IMG/VR virus record: IMGVR_UViG_2744054987_000003
Coordinates: 64,001 to 128,000 of that record
From: a virus
Taxonomy: Duplodnaviria > Caudoviricetes
Direction: 5' to 3' (one strand)
Length of the DNA stretch: 64,000 nucleotides
Part shown: piece after piece, positions 55,798-64,000 of the stretch
How the letters are laid out: every line of letters begins with the position of its first letter
Numbering within the stretch: the stretch's first letter is position 1
Made by a program: the position numbers and the translations under genes
Notes under the pieces: generated by a model
Told to the model about the DNA's origin: nothing
The model's input: only the letters and a program-made list of their open reading frames with translations
Database searches by the model: none

Positions 55798-56421
55798 CTA
55801 GATCGTCGTTTCCCGCACCGGTGCGGAAAGCTGAACGCGGTCAAACGTCCAGGTCTGGTTGCCGTCCTTGTCGAGCGTGGCGCGTGAGGTGAACTGGGAC
55901 GCCAGCGAGAGGTGGTTGGGGCACAGCGGCGGCACGCCCTCGTTGACGTCCTGCATGGTCTGGATGACCCGGCCGCGTTCGATGACGCCGGTCTCGCGGT
56001 CGACGCTGCCGCACTGCAAGCACGGGCGCTCGGCGAGGCCCTTGGAGCTGGCGCTGCGGGTGTCGACCTCCAGCGTCTCGCCCTCGCCGCGTTCCATGAT
56101 GTTGTTTAGACGCTGTTCGGGGGTCTGCGCTGCCTGGTTGAACAGCAGTGCGATCTGATCCGACATGGCCTCGTCGGTGCTGACGGTGACCTCGCCGTTG
56201 AGCCACATCTTCTGGATGCCACGGACATCGAGTGCGCCCTTGGGCAGGATCATCACCGAGTCGGGGTGTCCCTGCGCTTCCAGCTCGAAGTCCACGCGGG
56301 TGTCGCCGATGTTGTCGCGGCAGGTGATCTTGAACGGCGTGTTGTTGGCGATGTACAGCGGGCCGTCGTACTTCTTCAGCTCGTGGATGGTCCGAATGCT
56401 CGGAGCGGTAGCTGCGGTCAT
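55798..56421 (-). CDS. hypothetical protein with CxxC and CxxH
   Basis: MTAATAPSIRTI...; GAGGAG RBS; first gene after a late-type motif. Confidence 0.75.
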   Translation of the reverse strand: MTAATAPSIRTIHELKKYDGPLYIANNTPFKITCRDNIGDTRVDFELEAQGHPDSVMILPKGALDVRGIQKMWLNGEVTVSTDEAMSDQIALLFNQAAQTPEQRLNNIMERGEGETLEVDTRSASSKGLAERPCLQCGSVDRETGVIERGRVIQTMQDVNEGVPPLCPNHLSLASQFTSRATLDKDGNQTWTFDRVQLSAPVRETTI

Positions 56422-56480
56422 GGTGTGTCTCCTCGTCCGGTGGGTGTCCCCTTCACCTATTGAGGGACGAGAGACGCAGA

Positions 56481-56527
56481 CAACAAGAAACCCCCGCCCT
56501 GGGAAGCCAGCGGCTTCGAGGCGGGGG
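56481..56527 (-). terminator. intrinsic terminator
   Basis: CCCCCGCC...GGCGGGGG followed by TTTCTTGTTG on the minus strand. Confidence 0.75.
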
Positions 56528-56551
56528 CACTTCTTGGGTGTGATGGGCCGG

Positions 56552-56696
56552 GCCAAGGAGCGGCAGCCCGGTCCAGAGTCTCGCCGAGCGTTGTACACCG
56601 CTCACTCCGGGCAATAGACCGGGGTTCCACGGGCTATACCGGCCATCCGTTTAGCACCCTGCACAGGGCGGCCACGTTCCCGCAAACACCCTTGGC
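56552..56696 (-). ncRNA. candidate ~145-nt structured RNA
   Basis: Multiple nested stems between the upstream ORF stop and the terminator. Confidence 0.45.
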
Positions 56697-56711
56697 GTTC
56701 TTGGGCAAGTG

Positions 56712-56918
56712 TTAGTCTACAGCACGTTCAACGATCGGAACATGGCGGGCCGCACGTTCGTCGACGTCGATGACGACGGGGCAGGCGATGGAGAGCTGCC
56801 CCTTGGAGGCGAGGTCGTCGACGAATTGCTGCATCCCGTGCCCGCATTCGGACTGCACGACGATCTTGCACTCCTGGCCGGTAAGCCGGTCTAGCATCGT
56901 GACCAGATAGCTCTGCAT
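56712..56918 (-). CDS. hypothetical protein
   Basis: AGGAGG RBS and own promoter. Confidence 0.7.
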   Translation of the reverse strand: MQSYLVTMLDRLTGQECKIVVQSECGHGMQQFVDDLASKGQLSIACPVVIDVDERAARHVPIVERAVD

Positions 56919-56945
56919 GACTCACCTCCTACCCCTACAGTTGAC

Positions 56946-56975
56946 ATCATAGATCAACTAAGATAGTAGGTGCAA
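56946..56975 (-). promoter_or_regulatory. SigA-like promoter TTGCAC-18-TATGAT
   Basis: AT-rich intergenic segment upstream of 56918. Confidence 0.65.
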
Positions 56976-56994
56976 TACCTCTGTATAGAGTGTG

Positions 56995-59226
56995 TCACAT
57001 TCCGTGGGGGTCTTCTTCAAAATCTTCATCGTCAGGGTCATCGAAATGTGGTGCATAGAAGCTGACCCAAGCATCAAGAAGGTCGTTCCAGCTCGGAGCG
57101 TTACGGCTCATAAACATCTTGCGCCACAGCGGTGGGATGTCTTGATGACCTGCTGCGCGCTGGCGGTTACGCAGACCGGGCGCACGCGGTGGCCGCTGCT
57201 GATCGGCAGGGATATAGGGCATGTCGCCTTGCGTTTTCAAACCTAGATGCTTGTCGAAATAGTCGTTGTCGTCCTTGTGTTTGAGCCAGATGATAGCTTG
57301 CAGCTGCTTGGGCGTCAGGTGTTCAGCCGGGTTGGCGATCCCGCTGTTGACGCGGTGGGTCGCATCAAGCAGTGCGCGGTTAAACACGTCGTAGGTGTGT
57401 GGATCTGAGGGGTTCAGTCCGCCGTCTGGCAGGTAGCCCTTGCGGAACCAGCCGCCGTGCGGCATCGACGAGGCACGAATGTGATGACTGTCGATGGTGC
57501 CGCCGAGGTCTGCGTGCTGCGTCCAGTCACCGTTGGGGTGTTCGTAATAGCCCTGCTCGTTGATGGGGGTGTCATCGAGGATGTTGTTGGAGAAATGCTG
57601 GACTTTGGGACCGCCGAGGATCGCGTTGAACTGCCCAACGTCTTCGGGCGCGTCGAATATCTGTTTGGCTTTGTTGATGTTGCCACCGAGGGTGGGGATA
57701 CCTGCATCACGCATGTGGAAGCGCGGCGAGTAGACGCCGCCGTTGGCGTTCTTCTTGTTACGCGCGCCCCTGACTTGACGCGCATGGTCTTCCATGACCT
57801 TATCGATTCCGTGATGCTGAATGTTGGCGATCCATTCCGCACGACGCTCGGGATCACGCAGCGTTGGCGAACTGGTGGCCTTAGCGCCTTTGCCGACCTT
57901 GGTCTGCCACAAGTCGTCGTGCATGTTGGCCAAGCGCCCCAGGTCGCGCTTGTTGGCTCGTGGTGAGCCACCGTACTGCTCGGCGTAGCGCCGCAGCGCT
58001 TCGGGGTGGACGTTGGCCATCTGCCAGTTATGCCGCTCGTCAGGATGCGGGTTGTAGTTCATCAAGAAGTTGGATGCGTTGCGGACGTTGGCATCCCAGT
58101 CGGTCTGCGGTGAGAAGGCCGACCCGATCGCCACGGCCCGCTGCGGACTCACTCCGGTGTTCTCGGCCATCTTGTTGAATAGGTCGTGCGCAGCTTTGTA
58201 CCAGAATCTGCCTTTGGTGCGCTGCTGATCGTTTGCCCCGTGGTAGTGACTTACGAGGTTGTTGACCATGTCGTTGTAATTGAAGTCCGCTTTGTTCAAT
58301 CGGCCCATCGGGTCGTTGTCCGGGTCTAGCGACGGGGTACGCGGAGCAGCGGCACGTCGTCTAGCGGCCCTCCAGAACTGCGGGTTGAGTGTGGCGACCT
58401 TCTGGGGGCCGAACTCGCCGTTGAGGATCAGGCTGCTGTTCTGGCCACGGGTTTCGCTAGCCAGTGCCGGGAGCGCCTGTGGGCTGAACATTTTGGAGTG
58501 CGTCAAAAATGATGCTTCTTCACCGTGACGGTCGAAGCTGCGTCCGGTGGCGGCATGGCCGAACAAGTCGTGCACGAAGCGGAACTTGTCGTTGTCGGCG
58601 TTGCTGAAATACGGGTGTCCGCCGGTGGCTGCGGTGGACAGCACCTTGAGCCGTCGGTTGTTGTTGAGGTCACCGACCATCTCGTGCACATCGGCGTAGG
58701 GGTCGTAGTCGACGAACTCCGGCCGGATACCCATGGTGTTGACGGCGTGATCGAACTGGTTGCCGACTTCACGGCGCATCGCATCCCAGTGAGGTGCGGC
58801 GGCCTGGTCGAACTCCGGCAGCGCGTCGTAGGCCCGTCCGACGTCGCGCACCGACTGCGGGGTGCGCGCGATGGTGCTGTAGTCCATGTCGTGGGGATCG
58901 CCCAGGCCGACTTTCGAGTTGTAGCCGCGAGCGCCTTGGATGGCGAACTGCACCGGCTGAAAGCTGTTGTGGATCTGCCAGCCGCGCGGGTCGGCTAGGC
59001 GTGCCTCCTGTTCAGCCCACGGCAGTGCCGCGAGACGGTGGTGATGCAGATGCCGTCCGCAGGCCGTGTGGGCGCAGCCGAACAATCGCAGCATCCAGTC
59101 AAGGTCGGGGTGACCGTCTTGGTCACGGTCGATCTCCGGCGGCAGCTCAGAGCCAACACGCAGATCGGATCGCCAGAAGGCTGCCAGTTCGACTTGTTCG
59201 CGCGCGGTGATGATGCGTCGTGCCAT
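56995..59226 (-). CDS. multidomain (polyvalent-like) protein: zincin-like domain plus HhH/glycosylase-like domain
   Basis: FRFVHDLFGH...GEE...H...ETRGQNS; then G..WY...FSPQ..W..N...GPKV..F...IDSH...QA..W. Confidence 0.65.
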   Translation of the reverse strand: MARRIITAREQVELAAFWRSDLRVGSELPPEIDRDQDGHPDLDWMLRLFGCAHTACGRHLHHHRLAALPWAEQEARLADPRGWQIHNSFQPVQFAIQGARGYNSKVGLGDPHDMDYSTIARTPQSVRDVGRAYDALPEFDQAAAPHWDAMRREVGNQFDHAVNTMGIRPEFVDYDPYADVHEMVGDLNNNRRLKVLSTAATGGHPYFSNADNDKFRFVHDLFGHAATGRSFDRHGEEASFLTHSKMFSPQALPALASETRGQNSSLILNGEFGPQKVATLNPQFWRAARRRAAAPRTPSLDPDNDPMGRLNKADFNYNDMVNNLVSHYHGANDQQRTKGRFWYKAAHDLFNKMAENTGVSPQRAVAIGSAFSPQTDWDANVRNASNFLMNYNPHPDERHNWQMANVHPEALRRYAEQYGGSPRANKRDLGRLANMHDDLWQTKVGKGAKATSSPTLRDPERRAEWIANIQHHGIDKVMEDHARQVRGARNKKNANGGVYSPRFHMRDAGIPTLGGNINKAKQIFDAPEDVGQFNAILGGPKVQHFSNNILDDTPINEQGYYEHPNGDWTQHADLGGTIDSHHIRASSMPHGGWFRKGYLPDGGLNPSDPHTYDVFNRALLDATHRVNSGIANPAEHLTPKQLQAIIWLKHKDDNDYFDKHLGLKTQGDMPYIPADQQRPPRAPGLRNRQRAAGHQDIPPLWRKMFMSRNAPSWNDLLDAWVSFYAPHFDDPDDEDFEEDPHGM

Positions 59227-59229
59227 GGG

Positions 59230-60279
59230 CTACTCCGAGTTGGCGATGTCAGCGAGGTCTGCCTTGAGCTGGTTGATGTCGAAGCCCAGCGGCGACTCGC
59301 CGTCGGGGCCGAGGTAATCCTGGGAGACATAGGCCAGCGCCTCATCGCTGAACTGGCGGTATCCGGCCGGGGTGATCTCTTGCAGCTTCCCCCAGCTGAC
59401 GCACACGAAGTTGCCGTTGGCGCGGCGACCGATAACCGGAACGTAGTGCCCGCCTTCAAGATGCGGACGGCGTACCGCGTCCCATGGCTGGCCGTTGTTG
59501 AAGGCGTCCATCCATTCGCTGGGGAACTGCACACCCACGCCGACGGCACCGAACAGGTAGGCGGCCTCGGCCAGTTCCTGGGTGTCGCCGGGGGTCAGCG
59601 CCAGGTATGCGCCGATCTTGTGCAGCGTACCCGCGTCGTCGGCGAAGCCGCTCTTTTGCCGGATCTTGGCGGCGGCCACCATGTCGGTGCCCTGGTCGGT
59701 GCTCGGATCGGCGGGGTTGTAGCCGGTCCACTGTTCGTAGTATTTGATGCCGTCGCTGTCGGCGAACGGGGCCTGCTTGCCGAAACCGTTGAGGGTCCAC
59801 AGCAGGGTCTCGTGGATGGCCCCGGCGATGACGCAGTCACCGACGGTGTCGTTGCCGTACATGCCCCACGACTGGGGAATGTCGGTCAGACCGAACTCGG
59901 TCGGCACCGGCGGCAGGGGGTCCGGTCCCGGCGTCGGTTCGGGTTCGGGCGTCGGTTCGGGTTCGGGCGTCGGCTCCGGGTCGGGCTGTGGAGTTGGCTC
60001 AGGGGTCGGCGTGGGGTCTGGTTCCGGTGCCGGTGCGGGAACCGGGAACGGGCCGAAAATCTGTTCCAGCAGCTGGATCAGCCATTGGACGAGGGGGTCG
60101 TTGTAGAAGTTGCCGTTGCCGAGGTCGGCTGTGAAAGCGCCGATGGCGCGCTTCACGTCAGCTTCGTTGCCGAGCGCGGCCAGCAACAGTGCTTCGGGGC
60201 TGCGGTTGGTGGCGTAGTCGCGGAACCGCAGACTGACCGCGCCCGTACGTGCAGGCTTCTTGCCCAGCTTGTAGCTCAT
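59230..60279 (-). CDS. papain-like cysteine peptidase with PEPT linker
   Basis: GNDTVGDC..AG, GGHYV and VSWG motifs. Confidence 0.8.
   Translation of the reverse strand: MSYKLGKKPARTGAVSLRFRDYATNRSPEALLLAALGNEADVKRAIGAFTADLGNGNFYNDPLVQWLIQLLEQIFGPFPVPAPAPEPDPTPTPEPTPQPDPEPTPEPEPTPEPEPTPGPDPLPPVPTEFGLTDIPQSWGMYGNDTVGDCVIAGAIHETLLWTLNGFGKQAPFADSDGIKYYEQWTGYNPADPSTDQGTDMVAAAKIRQKSGFADDAGTLHKIGAYLALTPGDTQELAEAAYLFGAVGVGVQFPSEWMDAFNNGQPWDAVRRPHLEGGHYVPVIGRRANGNFVCVSWGKLQEITPAGYRQFSDEALAYVSQDYLGPDGESPLGFDINQLKADLADIANSE
59925..60045 (-). repeat. Pro/Glu/Thr low-complexity coding repeat (18-bp unit)
   Basis: ggcgtcggttcgggttcg repeats encoding PEPEPT. Confidence 0.85.
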
Positions 60280-60334
60280 AGAAAGACCTCCCTGTCACCT
60301 ATTCAGGCAGCAGGGAGGTCTTGTGCTCGAAGGT

Positions 60335-60562
60335 CTAAGCAGACGTCATGCGTCGCCTCCCTGCGGCATACCGCTGAGAAATTTTCAGGGGAGGTCCGCC
60401 AGGCTTGACTGGCGTCGAACTGACATTGGAGGTTTCACTGTGGGATTGCGACTGAATGAGATTAGAGTAACGGCGCTCGCCCACCTCTAGCCCGTATGCC
60501 TCGCTAAGGCAGATACCGGGGTAGCGGGCACGCCATTTTTCAAGAATGCGTTGTGCGTTCAT
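60335..60562 (-). CDS. hypothetical protein
   Basis: AAAGGAGG RBS; MNAQRILEKW... Confidence 0.55.
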   Translation of the reverse strand: MNAQRILEKWRARYPGICLSEAYGLEVGERRYSNLIQSQSHSETSNVSSTPVKPGGPPLKISQRYAAGRRRMTSA

Positions 60563-61134
60563 TGGCGCGCACCTCCTTTTGCAATCTGATCGTGCACAAA
60601 CGGAAAGCTCTTGTAGTACTTTTGCTCTGCGTTGTCGAACAGCCCGATTTGGTTTCGTTGGAGTGCTGCCCCACCGGCCTCCCACGGGTCGTCGAAGACC
60701 TCGGGGATGTCACTGTACCACTGCGGATGATGATCTGGGTGCTGTGCAACTTCGTCTTCGTCAGTGATCTTGGGGAACTCCCAGCCGCCGATGCCCTCCT
60801 CGTCGGGGTAAGTCTCCCGGTGGTTTCTCAATGAGTGCGGCGAGGGCAGTGTCGGAACCCTTTGCTCACCATAGTCCTTAGAGACCGTGTAGCCGGTTGT
60901 GGGCTTGTCGTCGTCAGAGAGAGTGTGGACCTTATTGCCGTCCTCGTCGTACTTGTCCAGCACGGTGAACCCAGGGCTGTCGTGGAAGACGGCCCTGTCG
61001 TATGCCTTGCGCGCCAGATCGGCGTAGTACTGAGCATCCAGATCGCCTGGGGCTGCTTGCCGTCTCGCAGCGACGCGCGCCCACCAGGGCACGAAGTGGA
61101 ACGGCTGATCCGACTGAATCTCAACGGGACGCAT
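60559..61134 (-). CDS. hypothetical protein
   Basis: GAGGAGG RBS; N-terminal ...PWWARVAARRQAA leader. Confidence 0.75.
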   Translation of the reverse strand: MRPVEIQSDQPFHFVPWWARVAARRQAAPGDLDAQYYADLARKAYDRAVFHDSPGFTVLDKYDEDGNKVHTLSDDDKPTTGYTVSKDYGEQRVPTLPSPHSLRNHRETYPDEEGIGGWEFPKITDEDEVAQHPDHHPQWYSDIPEVFDDPWEAGGAALQRNQIGLFDNAEQKYYKSFPFVHDQIAKGGARQ

Positions 61135-61151
61135 GAGACCTCCTCGTTTAT

Positions 61152-61382
61152 TCAGGCGTCAGGTAGCGGGTAGTTCAGCAGCTTTTCGACATCGCGCATC
61201 AGACGTCGACGACGCCAGTGCTCGGGTTCAGGGCAGGTGTCATGCTTGGTGCCCAGCCAGTTGCTCGTCGCGGTGTCGCCTTCGCGCCAGCGTTTTCTGC
61301 AAGCATCACAATGCGGCGGCAAGATGACCCAACCATGTGGACCGAGCATCCACAGTTCTTCGTGGGCCAGCTCTTTGGTCAC
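61152..61382 (-). CDS. small hypothetical protein
   Basis: GTGA overlap; CxxC. Confidence 0.6.
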   Translation of the reverse strand: MTKELAHEELWMLGPHGWVILPPHCDACRKRWREGDTATSNWLGTKHDTCPEPEHWRRRRLMRDVEKLLNYPLPDA

Positions 61383-61798
61383 CGCAGCGCTCTCCAGTCA
61401 TCCATGTCAGCGCCGGTGAGTACTCGTACTCGGTCGGCACCGAATCGCGTTACAGCGACGGCCTGATCGAAGTCGAGACGCTGCTGATCGGTATACGTTT
61501 CTCGATCCCAGCCCTTGCTGAAGGGGCTGCGGATGCACAGTATGCCGACGCGCTCGGAGGTAGGGTGTTCGCGCTCCCAACGCTCCCGGCGTTCTTCTTC
61601 TTCACGATCACGACGCTTGCAGTAGTCGTGGAACTCTTTGCTCTCGCTGTCGATCAATCGCCCATCAGGGCACTCGATGCCGTGAAAGATGTGGCCGTCA
61701 CCATTGCTCATGGCGCGAGCAAAACCAAGCGCCTCATCGAGACTGTCCTCCTCCTCACAGTAGGCGCAGCAGCCCCAGATTAGATACGCGCCGCTCAC
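61379..61798 (-). CDS. hypothetical protein
   Basis: GTG overlaps the upstream TAG. Confidence 0.65.
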   Translation of the reverse strand: MSGAYLIWGCCAYCEEEDSLDEALGFARAMSNGDGHIFHGIECPDGRLIDSESKEFHDYCKRRDREEEERRERWEREHPTSERVGILCIRSPFSKGWDRETYTDQQRLDFDQAVAVTRFGADRVRVLTGADMDDWRALR

Positions 61799-61950
61799 TA
61801 GTGTGCACACCAGCAGTCAAGACAAAGATCCGTCGCGCCGACAGCCCAATCGGTGCCGCAGCCTGAGCATGAACGCCAGCCGTGCGCAGTCATCGTCTTG
61901 TCGAACTCGGCATCCTCCCCCGGAGGCTTGCGTTCAAGGTCCAGGCTCAT
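61798..61950 (-). CDS. 50-aa Zn-ribbon microprotein (not in track)
   Basis: AGGGAG RBS; MSLDLERKPP...CSGC...CLDCWCAH. Confidence 0.6.
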   Translation of the reverse strand: MSLDLERKPPGEDAEFDKTMTAHGWRSCSGCGTDWAVGATDLCLDCWCAH

Positions 61951-61978
61951 ATGCGCTCCCTAGCTAGACCGCCGCTCA

Positions 61979-62143
61979 TCAGTAGCGGCCCGCAGCGACG
62001 TCGATGCGGAACTGCTGACGGGAGTGACGACGCTCGGCGCGCTTCTGCGAAGCGTTCGCGCGCTTGGTGCGTTCGCCGCAGCACTTGCCGCACGGAGGCT
62101 GACGGGTCACGCCGAGCATGCCGGTGTGAGTTCCGGTGGTCAT
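61979..62143 (-). CDS. small basic Cys-containing protein
   Basis: AAGGAGG RBS; MTTGTHTGMLG...CGKCC...KRAERRH. Confidence 0.55.
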   Translation of the reverse strand: MTTGTHTGMLGVTRQPPCGKCCGERTKRANASQKRAERRHSRQQFRIDVAAGRY

Positions 62144-62296
62144 CGGTGCCCTCCTTGGGGTCGAAGTTCCGCTCGTGGAACAGCAAGATGTGCAGCTCGT
62201 TGGACAGGTCACGCCGGTAGGTGTGGGCATCGATCCTGGACCAGTCTTCCACCTCGCGCTCCCCTTGCTAGTGGCTATACAAATACTATACCGCAG

Positions 62297-63898
62297 CTAG
62301 TTAGGTGGGTCCATTCTCTCCCAGACGTAGACGGCGGTCCCTGCGTTGTGTACCTGCACGACGCTGCCGTTTGCGTATCCGGCCATGATCTCGGCATGTC
62401 GTTGTGGCTCACGATTACGCACCTCGTTTTCGCGGACATGCCAGTTCCAGAAGCTCGGCTGGTTCTTGATGAACCTTGCCCCAGGCAGGCCAGTCACACT
62501 CGACCCGTCGTAGTGATTCAGGTCGACGTAGTAGACGATGGAGTTGGTCTTCGGATTGTCGGCAATGATTGCCTTCCAGAGCTTGGTGGCACCCCCAGAA
62601 ACGCTGTGCCCCAGACGGCACGCGCCCCGAGCTATCTCCATATCGTAACGACCTTTGCCGAAGTAGGCTTGTCCCACCGTGTAGCACATCAGATCCATCC
62701 CGGTGTTCTTGTCGACCAAAACATACGCCCACTTCGCTGGGCGATACCCCTGGATGTTGTTGGTCTCGAAGAATGACTTCATCTCAATGGCGGGCCGCTT
62801 CTCCACACGAGTCCCGCGTGCACCGACCCGATTCTCTGTGCGCCCCAGCGCGTGAGTGATCATGTTCTCGTAGATAGCGCGTTTATGCGGCTGGGACCAC
62901 AAGTGCTCCCATACATGGATCAGCCGAACGCCGATGGCTTGGCAGCGAAGGGTCTTTTCGAGATGGTAGTTGCGATCTCTGAACTTTGCGGAGTGCCAGT
63001 AGGTTCCGTTGAACTCAATACCGAGCCTGTGCTCGGCGGAGTAGATGTCGATCTCGTGCGGAGGAATGACTGAGCGTGTCGTGATCGTTGGTATCTCCCA
63101 CTCGCCCAGCAGGCTCCTGATCTCGGCTTCACAGTAGGAGACATAGTGATCCAGCTCGTCCCAGAGACCTAGCTGCCGGATCTTTGCGGCCAGGTAGAAG
63201 TCGCTGACACCGAGACTGACCTCTAACCCACGAATGGAGCGGATGCCTCGTTCGCGTATATAGGCCAACGCAGTTTCTCGGGTTGCGAAGATTGCACTGA
63301 CCTCTGGCCCCACTTTCGTCAGGGAGATGGCGGTGTTGACTGTTTGGTTCTGTTCCGGTGTGCGTCGATGCTGCGAAGGGATGATCTCGACATTCTGCTG
63401 CTTCAGATACCGAGAGACGGTGCCGGTGGTCGTGTCCTCTATCTCAGCGATCTCGGCAATCGAATGGCCCTGTTCGTAAAGAGACTTCATGCGCTCTCCC
63501 CACTGCTTTCGACCAGGGCGATCAGCCAGTAATCCGGCGCGCTTGAGCCACTTGTTGGCCGTTCCCTGCGAAACACCGAAGTGCTCGCCCACCTTCTTGG
63601 CTGAGCCGCGACGTCGCACGCCTCCGGTCGACAGTGTGGTCTCAACGATCGTGCCCTCCCACACAGCGGGAAGTTGGTCTTTGATCTGCTCGTAGCGCGC
63701 ATCCTTGTTGTAACGACCTCGCGCACCATCACTTTTGATGCCGATGCGCCTGCGCCGGATGTAGACCGTGTTTGCAGGAACGGCCTTCCCAAGCCTCTCG
63801 GAGAGGAATGCAGCGATCTCGTCGTCGGTCTTGCGCTCAACCTCATACATACGACGGATGTCATCGTCAAACGGCTCTAGCGTTGATCTAGGCGGCAT
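62297..63898 (-). CDS. Hef-like free-standing homing endonuclease with multiple HTH domains
   Basis: Several HTH repeats, EIDIY....LGIEFNG.YWHS...K...C...G.RLIH.WE nuclease core and a C-terminal GNAT-like region. Confidence 0.8.
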   Translation of the reverse strand: MPPRSTLEPFDDDIRRMYEVERKTDDEIAAFLSERLGKAVPANTVYIRRRRIGIKSDGARGRYNKDARYEQIKDQLPAVWEGTIVETTLSTGGVRRRGSAKKVGEHFGVSQGTANKWLKRAGLLADRPGRKQWGERMKSLYEQGHSIAEIAEIEDTTTGTVSRYLKQQNVEIIPSQHRRTPEQNQTVNTAISLTKVGPEVSAIFATRETALAYIRERGIRSIRGLEVSLGVSDFYLAAKIRQLGLWDELDHYVSYCEAEIRSLLGEWEIPTITTRSVIPPHEIDIYSAEHRLGIEFNGTYWHSAKFRDRNYHLEKTLRCQAIGVRLIHVWEHLWSQPHKRAIYENMITHALGRTENRVGARGTRVEKRPAIEMKSFFETNNIQGYRPAKWAYVLVDKNTGMDLMCYTVGQAYFGKGRYDMEIARGACRLGHSVSGGATKLWKAIIADNPKTNSIVYYVDLNHYDGSSVTGLPGARFIKNQPSFWNWHVRENEVRNREPQRHAEIMAGYANGSVVQVHNAGTAVYVWERMDPPN

Positions 63899-63904
63899 CA
63901 AGCG

Positions 63905-63934
63905 AGTATATAGTCAGGCGGAATGCTCTGTCAA
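63905..63934 (-). promoter_or_regulatory. strong SigA-like promoter TTGACA-18-TATACT (leaderless transcript)
   Basis: Six nt separate the -10 box from ATG 63898; no RBS. Confidence 0.75.
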
Positions 63935-63943
63935 CGGCCTGCC

Positions 63944-63985
63944 GGAAAAGCAAAACCCCCGCCTCTTGTGAAGACAGGGGTTTGC
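63944..63985 (-). terminator. intrinsic terminator
   Basis: AAACCCCTGTCT...AGAGGCGGGGGTTTTGCTTTT on the minus strand. Confidence 0.75.
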
Positions 63986-64000
63986 TGTACAGCTGAAAGC

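Noticed and set aside
61947-62252. 101-aa track ORF as a single gene
   Set aside because: Its C-terminal half overlaps a better-supported ORF (61979-62143) with a strong RBS. The N-terminal part may be real but is left uncalled.
1-64000. Prophage integration module
   Set aside because: No integrase, att site or host genes were recognised, so lifestyle cannot be determined from this window.

Overview
This 64-kb window is part of a large, GC-rich actinobacterial myovirus genome, probably a mycobacteriophage given its DUF732 gene. Its organisation resembles cluster C (Bxz1)/AA-type phages. Nearly all genes are on the minus strand. From right to left it contains: (1) a Hef-like endonuclease and small accessory genes; (2) putative internal-head proteins and a papain-like peptidase; (3) a neck/contractile-tail module with an intein-containing neck protein, sheath, tube, a -1 frameshifted tail chaperone, tape measure, NlpC/P60 hub and baseplate J; (4) four tRNAs; (5) a plus-strand SNF2-type helicase beside an iteron-like non-coding region; (6) early small genes; (7) a replication/recombination operon (phosphoesterase, DnaC-like loader, DnaB, primase, SSB, antirepressor, DnaE, RecA, Cas4-like nuclease, resolvases). 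I did not recognise a major capsid, portal, large terminase or integrase. The top unexplained signal is a promoter-driven ~290-nt structured RNA (17251-17541, minus). It has a 29-bp G.U-compensated closing stem with a boxA-like start and four GGGG tracts, and it heads the replication operon. Other strong signals are a second ~145-nt structured RNA (56552-56696), a shared N-terminal R-[IV]-x-T-x-x-E-Q leader on unrelated head-region proteins, three tandem micro-paralogues, two recurrent promoter motifs, a HicA-like/antirepressor fusion with an internal start, and a probable CTG-initiated gene. All product calls come from motif recognition by eye, with no database search.
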